A stretch of 54,955 bases of DNA, filler included, from Sphacelaria rigidula (Eukaryota), in NCBI GenBank assembly GCA_964200075.2. It is 6 parts of 6 records of this genome, joined end to end, with 100 filler letters (N's around TTAATTAATTAA, not from the genome) between each part and the next. Parts side by side here need not be neighbours in the genome. Positions count along the whole stretch, not along the records: positions 9,178 to 18,254 come from CAXNAA020009360.1; positions 18,355 to 27,430 come from CAXNAA020009361.1; 4 more parts are not named here. One strand, 5' to 3'. Of the stretch, positions 11,653-24,160 are shown piece by piece; the first letter of the stretch is position 1, and every line of letters starts with the position of its first letter. Under the pieces are notes generated by a model. That model was not told the origin of the DNA. It made no database searches and was given only the letters and a program-made list of their open reading frames with translations. The translations under genes were made by a program, and so were the position numbers.

Positions 11653-14467
11653 CGTGTTTGGTGCTTGTGTATTGAAAGTATGTGTGGGACCTCGCGAGGT
11701 CATGATTTGTTTTTGCTGGGTTAGGACGTCTTAGTATGGTGACGACCACTTTTTCACGAGAAAGCCCGAACTTCTCCCCCCTAGAAAATTAGAAGATTAA
11801 AGATATATTTTTTTACAACCTCTGTGGTTCTCCATGCTGAGTTTGAATCACATTTCTAAAAATTGAGCGAGAAAATTGAGATGAGGCCTAAGAGCAATGT
11901 TCATTTCTCCTCAGAACTTCGCTGAGGCTACATCTCATGTACGAAGAAGACAGCGTAAAGAAACGCGTTGTCCGGTAACAGGCCAAAACCCACGTCTTAT
12001 GTGACCAGAAAATGCGTTTCATGATGAGAAATTTTCTGATTACATTTCCGGACAGCCCAAACTTATCAGTAAATCGTGATTTTCTGATAACCCTGGGCTA
12101 TCGAAAATGGTATCGAAAGAGCCTTTGGCCCCACCTTACAGCCCACGACAGCACCTGTGATGGCTTCGCTGGCATCACCACTGCTGTCGCTGGTGCTCGC
12201 GGGCATTTAGCGTGTTGCGTCACTGTCGTTAGCTCGCTATTAACGTGGTGGCCTTTTACCCCCATGAGAACAGCAGAGGGCAGGGTCGTTGACGAGTGCT
12301 GTACAGACAGGACAGTCTATATGTAATCCGTACAATATTATAGCTCAGTTCAGGTCTGTGCACGCAGCGTGTTGCGAACAGACGTCGAATGCTTTACAGA
12401 CTGCCTACGCACCCAAGCCTTGTAGATACAGAACCGTATTGACAGTATAAACACAAGACTCCTCGTATGAATAGTTGTAGTACTACAGCCAATGCATACG
12501 ATACAGCACTGTCTGTACTGTTATCCGCGCTATCCGTACAATCGAGTACTACGGTGTAGTGGGGAAGCCCAACCACCAGCTCTACAGTCACTTGGTACAG
12601 CAAGATGATGTTGTTATTGATCGTCTTGTGTCACGCAGCCCGCCATGTATTGCTCGGTCAATATATTACAGTAGTACAGACAGACAATGCTGACCGTACA
12701 CCACGACACGGCAACAGCGTGTTATGTCTCTCGCGCGCCCCAGAACTTGAAATTATACCGCAAACACCTTGTAGAGAACGATGAACACTACGTTTCCAAT
12801 GTTGATAGCGTCAACCACGTAAGGAGCGCTATTTTTAAAAAATCTGTTGAAAAACGTACTCTTGAAACACGCCTTTGTTGATAACGTTGTTTCAGACATG
12901 AGAAGTAGCTTGACAACACGAAAATAATGGATAAACAACAAAGAAGGAGGCTCGATTCTGTGTTAGGGAAGAATCAATGTTTCGTGCAGAAGCGGGAAGA
13001 GTTTTCCCCGATGTCTATAGTGGTTGCAGTATCTAGAAGCCATTTCAGAACACACTGACATGCAAGATTAAGATTGCCTGTGTGATGAACCCAGTGAGTC
13101 AGCTCAGTATGGGAGAAGCAGTATGGTACAAAGGCAAGTGCATCCACGATGAAGTGACAATATTGGTGTCTGGGTTGAAGTCGAGGTTTGTGAGATCCGG
13201 GAGACGGGTGTGGTGCGACCATCAGTTGGTGACAACATCGCGAATCGATGTTGTCGGAGATTTCTCTACTTCATCTCAGCCCTCTACCGACACGAACACA
13301 GGGCAACAGTGAGACGGACACAGCTGAACACTGCTGTTTCGAGAACTCTTCCCCTGAGATTCCTACACCATCTTTGAGGTCACTGACTCTGGGTTGAAGT
13401 GAACGACTTTTGGACAACGTAGGCAGCCGCGTCGATCGGACTGAGACTAAACTGGACGATACCAATGCAGGTGTAGAAAGCTTGGCGATGCAGTGATGCA
13501 GCTCGCAAACATTGCGGCAGTTCGTCTGGTGAAGGACGTGTTGAACCGAGGAGTGTTGAACCGGCTGGCCTCCCGGCGCTGGCTCTATTACACCAGCGGC
13601 TACAGCAGGTCGCATGTATCTCATGATGTGGCACCGGCGTAGCTCCGCCGTCCGGCAGTGGTGCCGTCAGGCAGGCCGGCTGCACGACAAGAGTAGCCTG
13701 GCGCGCTAGCCGGGCGCTAACGGGGCACGACGAATTTGCAGGTCCAGGACGACAGGGCGAATTTGCAGGTGCTGATTGGGATGATAATGGACACTGCAAG
13801 TCCGGTTCGCCGGTCGTACCGCTCTCGTTCCCGGTGGAGGTGGCGCGTGGCGCTCAGGGGCGGCAGCAAAGGCAATCGCCACAAGAGTGAGCTGCTGATG
13901 CCTGGTTCCATGACTCACCTGTATTGTGGTATGTTGGATGTACGTGTTGATGGTGGTTTCGGCGTTGCCGGGGTGTCCAAAAGGTATGAAAAGACAATCG
14001 CGTATCCTCACTGTGGAATACCGGCTGTCCCGCACCTCACCAGGCTACCTTGTTACGTATGTATGACGGTGATGTTGGGATGGTTGTCACCCGTCCGTAT
14101 AGGCAAGGACTTATTTGGGTCTCAGGTGGATTTGCAAAGCACCCGTCCATAGTTCCGCGACTGGAAGATTCCTCGAATGTGTCTGTTGGTGTGTGTGTCA
14201 CAACGGGGGGTACCCAATGATGTCATGGCACGTGAGAATTTGGCTCATGCATTAGGGTGTGTGGATCATATGATGGCGTGTGCGCCTGAATGAGGCATTC
14301 GCGCTGGCGTTTGACGTGAGGCGGGTCTTGGATATTACAAATTTCCGTGTGTCCATATTGGGGGTTGTAGTGCACCATATATTTCGTATCATTTATGATC
14401 TCACCCTTTCCCTGGTTCATCGCCGCACATGAGTGTTGACGCGGACCCCGAATTTCTGCAGGCACTA

Positions 14468-14660
14468 CCTTGTGAGATAGGCGGGAATTGTACGAAGTCC
14501 TGCTACTTATTGTGTCCTTGCGGTAAAATTTGGCCCCTCAGCGCGCACTATGATTAGTATACTGTACTCGATGTCAAAGGGGCGTTTTCGCCAGGTGCTG
14601 TGGACTCAGCACGCGCCGCGTATTTCGGCTGTGCATTCGGGGATATGGCTGTAGCTACCT
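14468..14660 (+). mobile_element. Degenerate reverse-transcriptase fragment, DIRS/Ngaro-like
   Basis: Frameshifted translation PCEIG..LYEVLLLIVSLR*KFGPSARTMIS..LDVKGAF/RQV..DSARAAYFG..FG resembles the DxKxAFRQ RT motif of tyrosine-recombinase retroelements. Confidence 0.5.
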
Positions 14661-14943
14661 GTGTTTGGAACGATGGACCTCGTGCACTTCACGTAGAACT
14701 TGCTAGGGGTCGAGAAATTGGTGTTAGGATGATTACCAAAAACGTGTTTGATTTTGATTCGGGTGGCGCAGCTGTTTCAGTCTCCTCTGTGGCTGTGGTT
14801 ATATGTGTTTAGAAATCGAGTTGCGCAGCTGTTCAAGTCTCCTCTGTTGTTCTGTCCTACCTTTTCTGTTTCCCCTATTTTCTTCAGCAAGTGTTTCAGT
14901 TGTTTTGTCTCGGGTACATCAGTCATGTAACCGCCGTTGGATC

Positions 14944-15091
14944 CTTGGGGGGTCGGTTAATTTGCGGCTATCAAATCAAATCGAATCAAAGCTTGGGGGG
15001 TCGGTTCATTTGCGCGAATCAAATCAAATCTAATCAAATCAATTCTTGGGGGATCGTTTAATTTGCGGCAATCGAATCAAATCAAATCAAC
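14944..15091 (+). repeat. Three tandem units of about 50 bp, each ending in (AATCA)n
   Basis: cttggggggtcggttaatttgcggc + aatcaaatcaaatc, three times. Confidence 0.85.
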
Positions 15092-15682
15092 AGGCAGCAG
15101 TCCCGGACTTCACGGCTTGATGACGGCTGCCTTTGAATATTCGTACATCAGCGTCCCCTTCTTTTCTCCGCGCATGCGGTGACAGACATCGGCCGCCGTA
15201 CAGCTCAGTCTGTCAAGATAGCACGACGCGACAGGAGCGTATTGCCACTCTGTCCTTGAACGGTAAGGCAGTTCCGAGAGGGTGGCGGCAGAATTGGTCA
15301 TCCCTCTTGCATCTGCATCTATGTTGATGACGGTATACTGGTGGAAGTTTTTTTTCTTCCCCAGACGGCGAATGATGTTTGGGGCGAGACCCTTATTTTA
15401 TGGTCATGTTCGCTTTCTGAGCGAGCCTTCTTTGATTCAAAGAGCAAAATGTCGGCCTCGGATACAATACACGATTGGAAGTACTGGGTTTGGTGATTGA
15501 TGTTGACTCCCTCGCTATTTTGCATTCAGAGGCAAACAGCAACAAATTGCAAAGGCGTGGTTGCAGTGGCCTCGAGAACGCAATGGTGTATCAGAGAGAG
15601 ACATTTCGTCGTTGACTGGCTTTCTGCTACGCGTCTCGTTTATTTCACGCCCGGGAAAGCCCTTTGTTCACCGCATGCTCGC

Positions 15683-15962
15683 ATCGGCTGGGGTGCGCCG
15701 CCCCTCCCGGATCCAGTGTTGTGACGGAGGATGATTTTCAAAGAGGGCGGCGACGATGTCGCGGGTGGTGGTGTTGGGCCCGCATCGACTGGGGTGCGCC
15801 ACCCCTCCCCGTCCCGTGTTGTGTCGGGGGATTGTTTCAAAGAGGGCGGCGACGATGTCGCGGGTGGTGCTGTTAAGCCCGAATCGGCTGGGGTGCGCCG
15901 CCCCTCCCCGTCCCGTGTTGTGACAGGGGATGTTTTCAAAGAGGGCGGCGACGAAGTCGCGA
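15683..15962 (-). repeat. 99-bp tandem repeat, about 3 copies (33 codons)
   Basis: tcaaagagggcggcgacga starts at 15738, 15837 and 15936; minus-strand unit ATSSPPSLKTSPVTTRDGEGRRTPADSGLTAPP. Confidence 0.9.
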
Positions 15963-16527
15963 GCGATGATATCGGGCCCGAAATTTCATGATGATACAGA
16001 CGTGCGGCGTTGGCTGGTTGACGATGGATTGTCGCTGTATAGAGCAGCATCATCGTAATTCCCTGTGTTTATATTCTCGCCCCGAGTTGTGATGGGGGAT
16101 GCCTAAACAAAGGAGAAGAAAAGGGCGCCGACGATGGCGCGGGTGGTGGTATTGAGCCCGGAGCTTCACGGTGATCTAGCGTGTGGCGTTGCGTCGTTGA
16201 GTATGGGTTGTAACGGCGTGGAACAACAATAACATCCCTGGTGTAACGGTTGGTGTTGCACCCGCCCAAGTTGTCCTTGCCTTCGGATGCATCGGACGCG
16301 GCTGTCAGGATCTGTTGTTTGCCGTCGGGCATGTGGCAACGGTGTGACTTTACCGCCGAGGAAAAACCCCATGTTGAAGGTTCTACTGTGCACTCGGATG
16401 ATGATATTCGACAAATGTAATGGAACGATTGGGTACGGTAATGTCGGCGCCGGTAATATTTCTTCTGTGCAGGAGACGTCCACGGTTATGTCCTGGTTGC
16501 GTACGGTTGTAAGGAAACAACTCGTAC

Positions 16528-16914
16528 GCCGTAATGTGGGTATGAATAAGCACAGAGCGGTAAGGAGCTGCGTTCGGGTGCTGCGATACGCATGCTTGGT
16601 GTGCTGGAAATCGACTTGGGCTTGGTGCCGAGACGAAGCATGTTCCAGGAATTCCAATGATGTGGCTGGAGCAATTTGTGGTGGCCCATGGATGGTGTTT
16701 CCGCTAACATTTTGTCCCTCTGGCCGTAATGTGGGTATGAATAAGCGCAGAGCGGTGAGGAGCCGCGTTCGGGTGCTGCGATACGCATGCTTGGTGTGCA
16801 GGAAATCGACTTGGGCTTGGTGTTGAGACGAAGCATGTTCCAGGAATTCCAATGATGTGGCTGAAGCAATTTGTGGTGGCCCATGGATGGTGTTTCCGCT
16901 AACATTTTGTCCCT
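16528..16914 (-). repeat. 195-bp tandem duplication (65 codons)
   Basis: cgtaatgtgggtatgaataagc starts at 16530 and 16725; the copies are near-identical and in frame in ORF 16166-16852. Confidence 0.92.
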
Positions 16915-17263
16915 TTGTCCCGGTATTCTATGGCATATGCAGAACACCAGGACAGAGTGGAGGCATCCGTGTTCAGGCTTTTGGACTCGGTCTCGTCCAA
17001 AATGTCATTGCGCGGTCGTCTGCGAGAACGTACTAGGGATATTCGTTCATTAAGAATACGTTGATGGAATTGAAACGTAAGCGCCTTGTGATGAGAACAT
17101 AGCAACGAGTTTGGCGGCCGCTTCATTGTCGGTGCTGTTGGATGGGGAACATTCCTCCCTTGCGTGGGGCCCGGGTGGTCACGTGTTGCAGTTGGGTATC
17201 TGTGCCTCCTTTTCCTTTTGACGAGATCACACCGGATGTGTACCCATCCTATTTCGTTCCCAT

Positions 17264-17474
17264 TGTAATGCGTGAGAGGACCGCGTGCTTAGAGGACCGC
17301 GCTGTAGTTCAAAATACCTCAGGATCGACGTTTTTCAATACCAATCGGGTCAGTCCTTGCAGGTACCACGCCCCTGACCCTAACCCCAACACTAACCCTA
17401 ACCCTAACCCTAACCATAGGGGTGCTCAAATTCAGATGCGGTCATCTAAGCACGCGGTCCTCTCACGCATTACA
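17264..17474. mobile_element. MITE with 37-bp TIRs and internal (CCCTAA)n
   Basis: tgtaatgcgtgagaggaccgcgtgcttagaggaccgc ... gcggtcatctaagcacgcggtcctctcacgcattaca (36/37); CCCAT on both flanks; ccctaa repeats at about 17378-17415. Confidence 0.85.
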
Positions 17475-19180
17475 CCCATCACCCAGTAAAACTGTGCGCA
17501 GAAGTGATTTGGCATTTTATGGGGGAAAGACGCAGTTGCGTCGACGTGTTTGGAACAACGGGGGAATTCTGCTATGGACTCGGTATGATGCGGTGACTAC
17601 GTTGCGGCAAGTGGCGGTGTTGGTTGGGCTAACGTCTGCAGAGTTGTGCATTGGTGGCACCAGACACTTGTCCGCAGCAGGAATGGCCTTAAGGATGTCG
17701 CAAAAATAAGGTACGAGTAAATGCTATTTGCGGTTTGGGGTCTGTGCCGTCACAGGTCAAAAGCTTTCGCCGATCGGCGTAGAAGTGGGATCAGTAGCCG
17801 GGTCAGGGCACGGATTAGAGGGACGAGTAGAGACCTCATTGGGGAAAGGCGGCTCATGACGCCGAGTTACATGATGGATGCTACATAAAAATAGTGGCAA
17901 TGAAAGGGATACGGTAACATACGGTAAATGACTGGATAAGTGAAGAGTAGTACAGTCATGTGTCAACGAAGAGGATTGGATGCCGGAATTGGAGCCGAAA
18001 CTAAGTTGTCGGTCGCATGTGCACGGAAGTGTCTTGCCCCTACGGAATGGATTGCATGGGTGTGGCGGGGGAGAGCGTAGGGGAGACATGTTGTATCCGC
18101 GCGTCGGCTTAGGTTCTTGTCGAGGTTGGTGCGACTGCGCTCAGCGCAATCTCCAGATGGGAGCCAACGGTCGGATACGTGAGGAGTCACACTGTTTTTG
18201 AACGGGTGATTCATGAGGTTTTCCCTACCCACCCCCCACAAGCTGGGTTGGGGGNNNNNNNNNNNNNNNNNNNNNNNNNNNNNNNNNNNNNNNNNNNNTT
18301 AATTAATTAANNNNNNNNNNNNNNNNNNNNNNNNNNNNNNNNNNNNNNNNNNNNGTGGCGATGTCAAAATCGACGGGAAACTCAATTGTTTCGGGTCTGA
18401 CTCTAAATCTGAAACTACGTTCTGAATCTCACGAATATAGTGTTATTTCTTCTTCACCGCACGTTTTCGATCGCAAATATTTCTGTGACAAGGCATGCAC
18501 TCAGAAGAAACCGCTCATGAACGCGTTCCTATCTTGTAAGAAGCATAGTGGTGGCGGTACACTAGAAGGGAAGGTAAGCCCAGGTCTGTGGCCACGGGTT
18601 CGAGAGATCAGGCTAATGTTGTGCGGAAATAATAGTAATAATAAAATACATCGATATTTTATTTTTATTTTATTACTATTTCGGACATTAGTCCAATCTC
18701 GCGAACCTGTGGTCAGAAAAGGGTTATTATTCATAGAGCCATGTCTGATCAAAATCAAGACCATAAAAAGAAGCGGTAACAGGAACATGCGCCCAAAAGT
18801 AGCATGCTGAGTAATCCATAGGTGGTTCTATGGTTGCGGCGATCAATCAAGATGCTGCTTTTGGGTACTTATTCTCATTCCGGCTTCTTTTTAGATCTCC
18901 ACGAATGAGGAGATATGTTTCAGTCCCACCCGTCCACGCACACAGATATAGTTTCACATATAGTATCAGACAAGCACAGCAGCAACGCAACCATGATACT
19001 TGTATGGGGGTTCATATTACTCACTCGTACTACAGGGCAATCAACGACAACCGCATCATACAAGAAGGTGTGCTGCCAGCTCTTAAACGTGCCCGGACCG
19101 AAAAACCTGACCATAATGGTTGATCGGCTCTAAATTCCACACCGACATTACAGAGAACTCGCTTGGCGTTTGTTGTTCAG

Positions 19181-19497
19181 GGCGCAATCAAAACGTATCC
19201 CAACCTTGGTGTGGTAAGTCAACTCGAGAATCATCGTGGCTTCAAAGTCTCTGCATTCGAGCTATGCCTATACTTGCGGGGGCTGCAACTGCAGCTGCAC
19301 CTATCGCCACCGTAGTAGATCGCAACAGCATTGCTCCGCGCGCGGCAGCGGCCGACATTTTGGGGTCTTTTGAAGAGGGCACCGGCGGCATGAACGGAAC
19401 ATCGGCGTGGATCAGGGTGGAGCCTTGGAACAGCATGCTGTGCAATGAGCAGCGGAAGGGAGAGGGTGGAATTGAGCAGGATGCTGAGGATATGCAG
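19181..19497 (+). CDS. Possible orphan exon, unknown product
   Basis: ttgttcag| acceptor and CAG|gtgggt donor around an open, protein-like frame (WCGKSTRESSWLQSLCIRAMPILAG...AWIRVEPWNSMLC). No recognisable domain and no partner exons found. Confidence 0.25.
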
Positions 19498-22001
19498 GTG
19501 GGTTTCTCTCTCTTTTTTCCTGTTTTCCTTGTGATAAAACTACTGCTATAGATACTTGTGGTGGTGAAGGTGTGGGGGTTCCCGAGCTGGTGAGATCTGC
19601 CCATGAATTGCAATATCCTTGTCTGTGGTGTCATACCCTGTGGACTAGTTACAGTTGTGGACACACGGACAAAAGTTATCAGACAAACCAAAATCGGCTA
19701 GAAAACGGCCAATAACCGAAGTAATCGGTGGCCATCGCTACTGTCTGCACTGCACCCTTGAAAAGGTATGTCTCGCCCCGTGTGATCACGCAAGCAAGAG
19801 ACTCTTGTCCGTGGACCTCCCTCATCGTCAATTGTCGTATGTATGTCACCCTTTTCCTCCGATATTGGAAGACGGGGTTTTATAGTATTTCTTTGGTGGG
19901 TTGTTTCCGATCACTGCTGTACTGGCTGTTGTGCTGTGGACTGGACTGTTCCACAGCAATGTACTACAGTCAGTACATACTTGATTTTTATCATGCACAT
20001 TATGGTCCCTGTACTGTCGAGTCATGTTCGGGCGTTGTACAGCAGCTTCTCGCCTGCACCGTGTGTAGAGGTTGGTGGCCATAGGAGTCTGTGACATGGT
20101 CTACAGCAGTGCGGCATTGTCGAACAGTACCCTCCCACAGCTTGCTCGTCTGTATGTTTGATAGTTGAGCCTAGACATTGCACGCACGCGATTGCAATTT
20201 ATTATGTTGTTGCTGCTGCGTGCTCCTCTGCGCCACCTGGGTCGGTTGCGGTTGGACGCCCGAGCGTGTGCGCGTGAGAATGTTCCATGCTAGGGGACTG
20301 CAAAGCGGAGTGCTGACTGGTGGCGAAATGCTGCAGCAGTCTGCACGGCTTTCCAAACAGAGGCACGAGTACGCACAGAGCCTTCCTGGGAAAGACTGAT
20401 TGTAACTGACATACGTGTTTGTTCTCCTATACGACTGAACTGCATCTCTATACTGCTGCTGCTGTAGGTGCTGTTCAACTTCTCCCCGCGTCGTGAAGTA
20501 TACCTTTGTTCAGTACTACTGTTTGTAGTATCATAGTCTATGTGTTGTCTCGTGGGTCGAAAGGAGCTCGGGACTGTCGATCACTATTTTTCGGTGATCG
20601 CTTTTTGTTTCCTCAATTCCAAATATCCCGCCGCATGCGAGAAGCTAACGAGCGCTTTGGGGGTCTTCGGCGGCAGTTAATGTGTCGTGGCTGTACTGCT
20701 ATCTGATGGCCTGCTGCGCAAGGGAAAACAGAAAAGAGTGACCAAGAAGGGTAGAAAGGCGGGTAGACGGTTGGTATTCCCTGGCACGGAAAAGCATGGA
20801 AGTTGTAGGTCACCTTTGTGGAGGCGTTTTGCGTTGCGAGAAATTGGCGATGGTTTTGCCGTTCACCTCCGCCTCCGCGTGTTGCACCCATCCCGCCCTC
20901 ACGGAACTGGAACTGAAACTCTAGGGGGTGCTATCGATGCCTGTATAATCTGGTCGTGCATTCTACCGTATCCTGTGCTATAGTTGGGGGTCGTGTGGCT
21001 TCACCGACAACAGTACAGTTCAGTATGTTGTTGTTGTTGTTTTTGTTGCTGTCTTCACATTAAAAAACCGTTCCGATATCTGCGCGGTACATTCGCACTG
21101 AGCATCTGATGCGTACGCCTTCCGTGGTCACAGGCCAGCTACCTGTAATACGGCATGGGGAAATCAAACAAGAACGAAAAAAAAATAGAGCTAGAGTAGT
21201 CCACTATTGGATATCGAACCACTTGCAGACAGTGTCACTCCGATACGATACCAAACTCTCATCCTCCGATATCGCTATAATTTCGATAAATTTTGGTGAA
21301 GCCAGAGTGCGAGCGCAGCCTCCGGACAAGTACAGTAAACAGGCGAGCATACCCGATTCCGCTCTCTGTGCGAGTCGTAGGCACCCAGCGGGGGGTGCCG
21401 CCGGATGCCGAAAATTGGGCTAGTTGGTTTCAGCTTTCATCAAAAATGTACAAATGAAGGCCTCTCAGCACACGACAAAATCTGTTGAGGTTTGAAGAAA
21501 ATACTCAACATTTTTTCGTAGGATAGGGCCTTCACCCGTTCTGCTCTCAGAACAGAAAATAGAGAAGGATTGCACCAAAATATAACGAGCATGATCAAAA
21601 CTGCTCATAGCACTTCCAGCAGGGCCAGGAGCATGACAGGAATAAACGAGCATATGCTTTCATATTTACATATTTACTGTACTTCCATTTCTAGCAGAAG
21701 GTCACTGCAATAGGTCAACAACACGTGAAGGGTATGAAGTGTGAAGACACCCCGAGAACCTCCATATTGAATTGAAAATTCAGTTGTTAGTCAAAATATA
21801 AGAATCTTGGCATTCGACTTGAAATGAACTGTTCATTTTCACTGGTAGGATAGACAATCGTTTGAATCGGCATCACATTCTCTTCGTAAAAATCACCGTG
21901 ACCCAGATGACCCATCCTCGTGGTTGAAGGTTTAACCCATTCACCGCCAGGTCGCGTCATCCGTTGAATCGGCATCATTTTATCATCTTCACTTGAATAA
22001 A

Positions 22002-22767
22002 ACCGTCTTGTATGGCAGCCAATCTGTGTTTGTACAAATATGAGGAATTCAGTCCGTCTATATCCGATTTTCTCCCGGGGATTGATTTTTCGGACCCCAG
22101 TCCACTAGGCAATGTTTTCCGCCTAGCGATGAGGAAATCAGATCAATTCTCCGGTTCTCTGAACGCTGACTCTTGGTGTATCACCTTTCTGCTGAGATCG
22201 GGAGACTCCCACATCTCCCCCGTATCTGGGGCCCAAATCGGGGGAGATGCGGGAGTCTCCCGATCTGAGAAGAAAGGTGATCAACCAAGAGTCAGCGTCC
22301 AGAGAATCGGAGAATTGATCTGTTTTCCTCAGAGCTTGGAAAACATTGCCCAACGGACTGGGATCCGAAAAATCAATCCACGGGAGAAAATCCCCTCTAG
22401 ACGGACTGAAATCTTCCAAGGGCAGGTCGAGCAGGGTATACTCATCTGCGGGGTATTTTGAAATTCGTACCTGAATTATACAAAGTGGCATTAACCCTTA
22501 GATCGCGAGGATAGTCTATCTGGATCATGCATACATTTTTCAAGTGGAATTGATGCCGATTCAAGCGATGACCTACCCTCGCGGCCAAAGGGTCAAGGGT
22601 CGTTTTCCAGTTGATCTTCAAGTACGACTCCTAACACCCTACCCCAGTTTGAGTATTGAAATACAACTCCCAAAATACCCCGCAATTGAGTATACCCTTT
22701 TATACTCGATCTGCCCTTGAAATTCTCACATTTGTACAAATACGGATTGGTTGCCATACAATACGGT
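22002..22767. mobile_element. TIR element carrying nested insertions (related copy at 48631-48834)
   Basis: Left arm tgtatggcagccaatc..tgtacaaatatgag[insert]caagggcaggtcgag..tatactca..tgcggggtattttg is mirrored by 22670-22760. Confidence 0.7.
22047..22411. repeat. About 365-bp imperfect palindrome (foldback element)
   Basis: Arms of about 180 bp, ttcagtccgtcta ... tagacggactgaa, centred near 22229; produces near-identical ORFs on both strands. Confidence 0.9.
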
Positions 22768-24054
22768 CTAATCAACGTGTGACCATATAACCCACCCTGG
22801 CGATGAAATGGTTAATCCTTCGACCGCCAGCATTCGTAGGTCATCCGCTCAATCGGCATCAATTTCACTTGAAAAGTTGAATGGATGCTCCAGATCACCA
22901 GATGGCTTACCCGCAGGGTCAAACACTAAGCAGAAACAGACGCCTCTCTAAGACATCAGAGTGCTCTGTCGCGCTATGACGGTGCGTTGAGGACAGGATA
23001 TGCTCAGGAGAGCTGACAGTCAAGATCCCAGAAGTGGACTGGGAAGTAGAGTGCGAGACGGGGGGCGAGGAGTGCGTACTCGTGGCGTGTCTCGGACAAA
23101 TGACAGGCCACAAGCCAGCTCACAAAATGTGAGGTTGATGGCATCGTGTGCGTTGGCTTAGAGCGGGGAGCGTACACGTTGCTCCGTGGCTCCCAAGGTT
23201 ACACGGACATTTCGACAAGTCTCCTATAGCAGTTTGTCCAACACCCGAGGAACCTTCCTCGTGGCGAGGATTTTCCTATGAACAGGACCCGTAGGTCTGG
23301 TCCATAGAACCATAAGGCATGTTGGGTTCGTATCTCTGGGACACACAATTGGACACGGCTAGGACGAATCATCATGGGTTCGAATTACCAAATCCTTGAT
23401 TTCTTCGCCCTGATTGCACAAAAGAGAGAAAAAAGTTGACCGCTGGTCTAAGCGGTATCCACGCAACTTTTGCGCCATTCCACGTGTTTGGGCTGCATGT
23501 AGCTGGGTTGCAACGCTGAAAACAAAGCCTAGGGATTGATTCGTACGATTCGAATCAATGACACTATAACAAAGTAATTCCCAGACGAATGATTGATTTG
23601 TTCGACCCTCTAAAAATATCGAAAGGCACAAAATACACGCAAACTTGGTACGGGTACATATTAGGGAGAGATACGTCGAACGGGCAAGAAAGAGGCATAA
23701 TTGTCACTCATCAACAATCAAAAGTGGGAGAATGTGTACCCCACAGTAGCATCAACATCGAGCAGGAATGGTTCTTTGAAACTTATACCTGTATGCTCGC
23801 CCGAAGAAAGAGGCATAAGACGTCAAAGCGAAAAGCGGAATATATGAGAGCCTAACCGTCATACCGTCATACCGCACAAGCTGCTGAATGGTAATGCCGT
23901 ACTATTCAAAGACAGCATATATCGTACCGTATCGTGTCGGGACTTCCACGCGATAGATACCATACCGAAAGTTGAACTTTCCATGTGATATCCAACACTA
24001 CTACAGTACAATAGCACAGCAGTACAGAGTACAGGGGAAACAGCGGGATGTTAA

Positions 24055-24160
24055 CCCTTCGACCGAGAGGGTAGGTCAGGTCACGTGCTGAATCAGCATT
24101 CATTTCACTTGAAGAAAGTACGCTTGATCCAGATGGACCACCCGCATCGCGGTCCAAGGG
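24055..24160. mobile_element. piggyBac-type MITE with TTAA TSD (family with about 8 copies in window)
   Basis: TTAA|cccttcgaccg ... cggtccaaggg|TTAA. Relatives carrying gaatcggcatca lie at about 21840-21990, 22495-22592, 22790-22925, 25102-25206, 25545-25660, 33695-33792 and 39531-39649. Confidence 0.75.

Noticed and set aside
14944..15962. CRISPR-like repeat arrays
   Set aside because: Units are tandem without unique spacers, there are no cas genes, and the context is eukaryotic.
17378..17415. True telomere or chromosome-fusion scar
   Set aside because: Only a few degenerate units, enclosed by TIRs of a small mobile element.
17757..18254. Possible LTR with purine-rich tract at the contig end
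   Set aside because: No second LTR, primer-binding site or clear TG...CA boundary visible.
22012..22491. Near-identical proteins encoded on opposite strands (ORFs 22012-22461 and 22138-22491)
   Set aside because: A consequence of the DNA palindrome; no domain or splice support.
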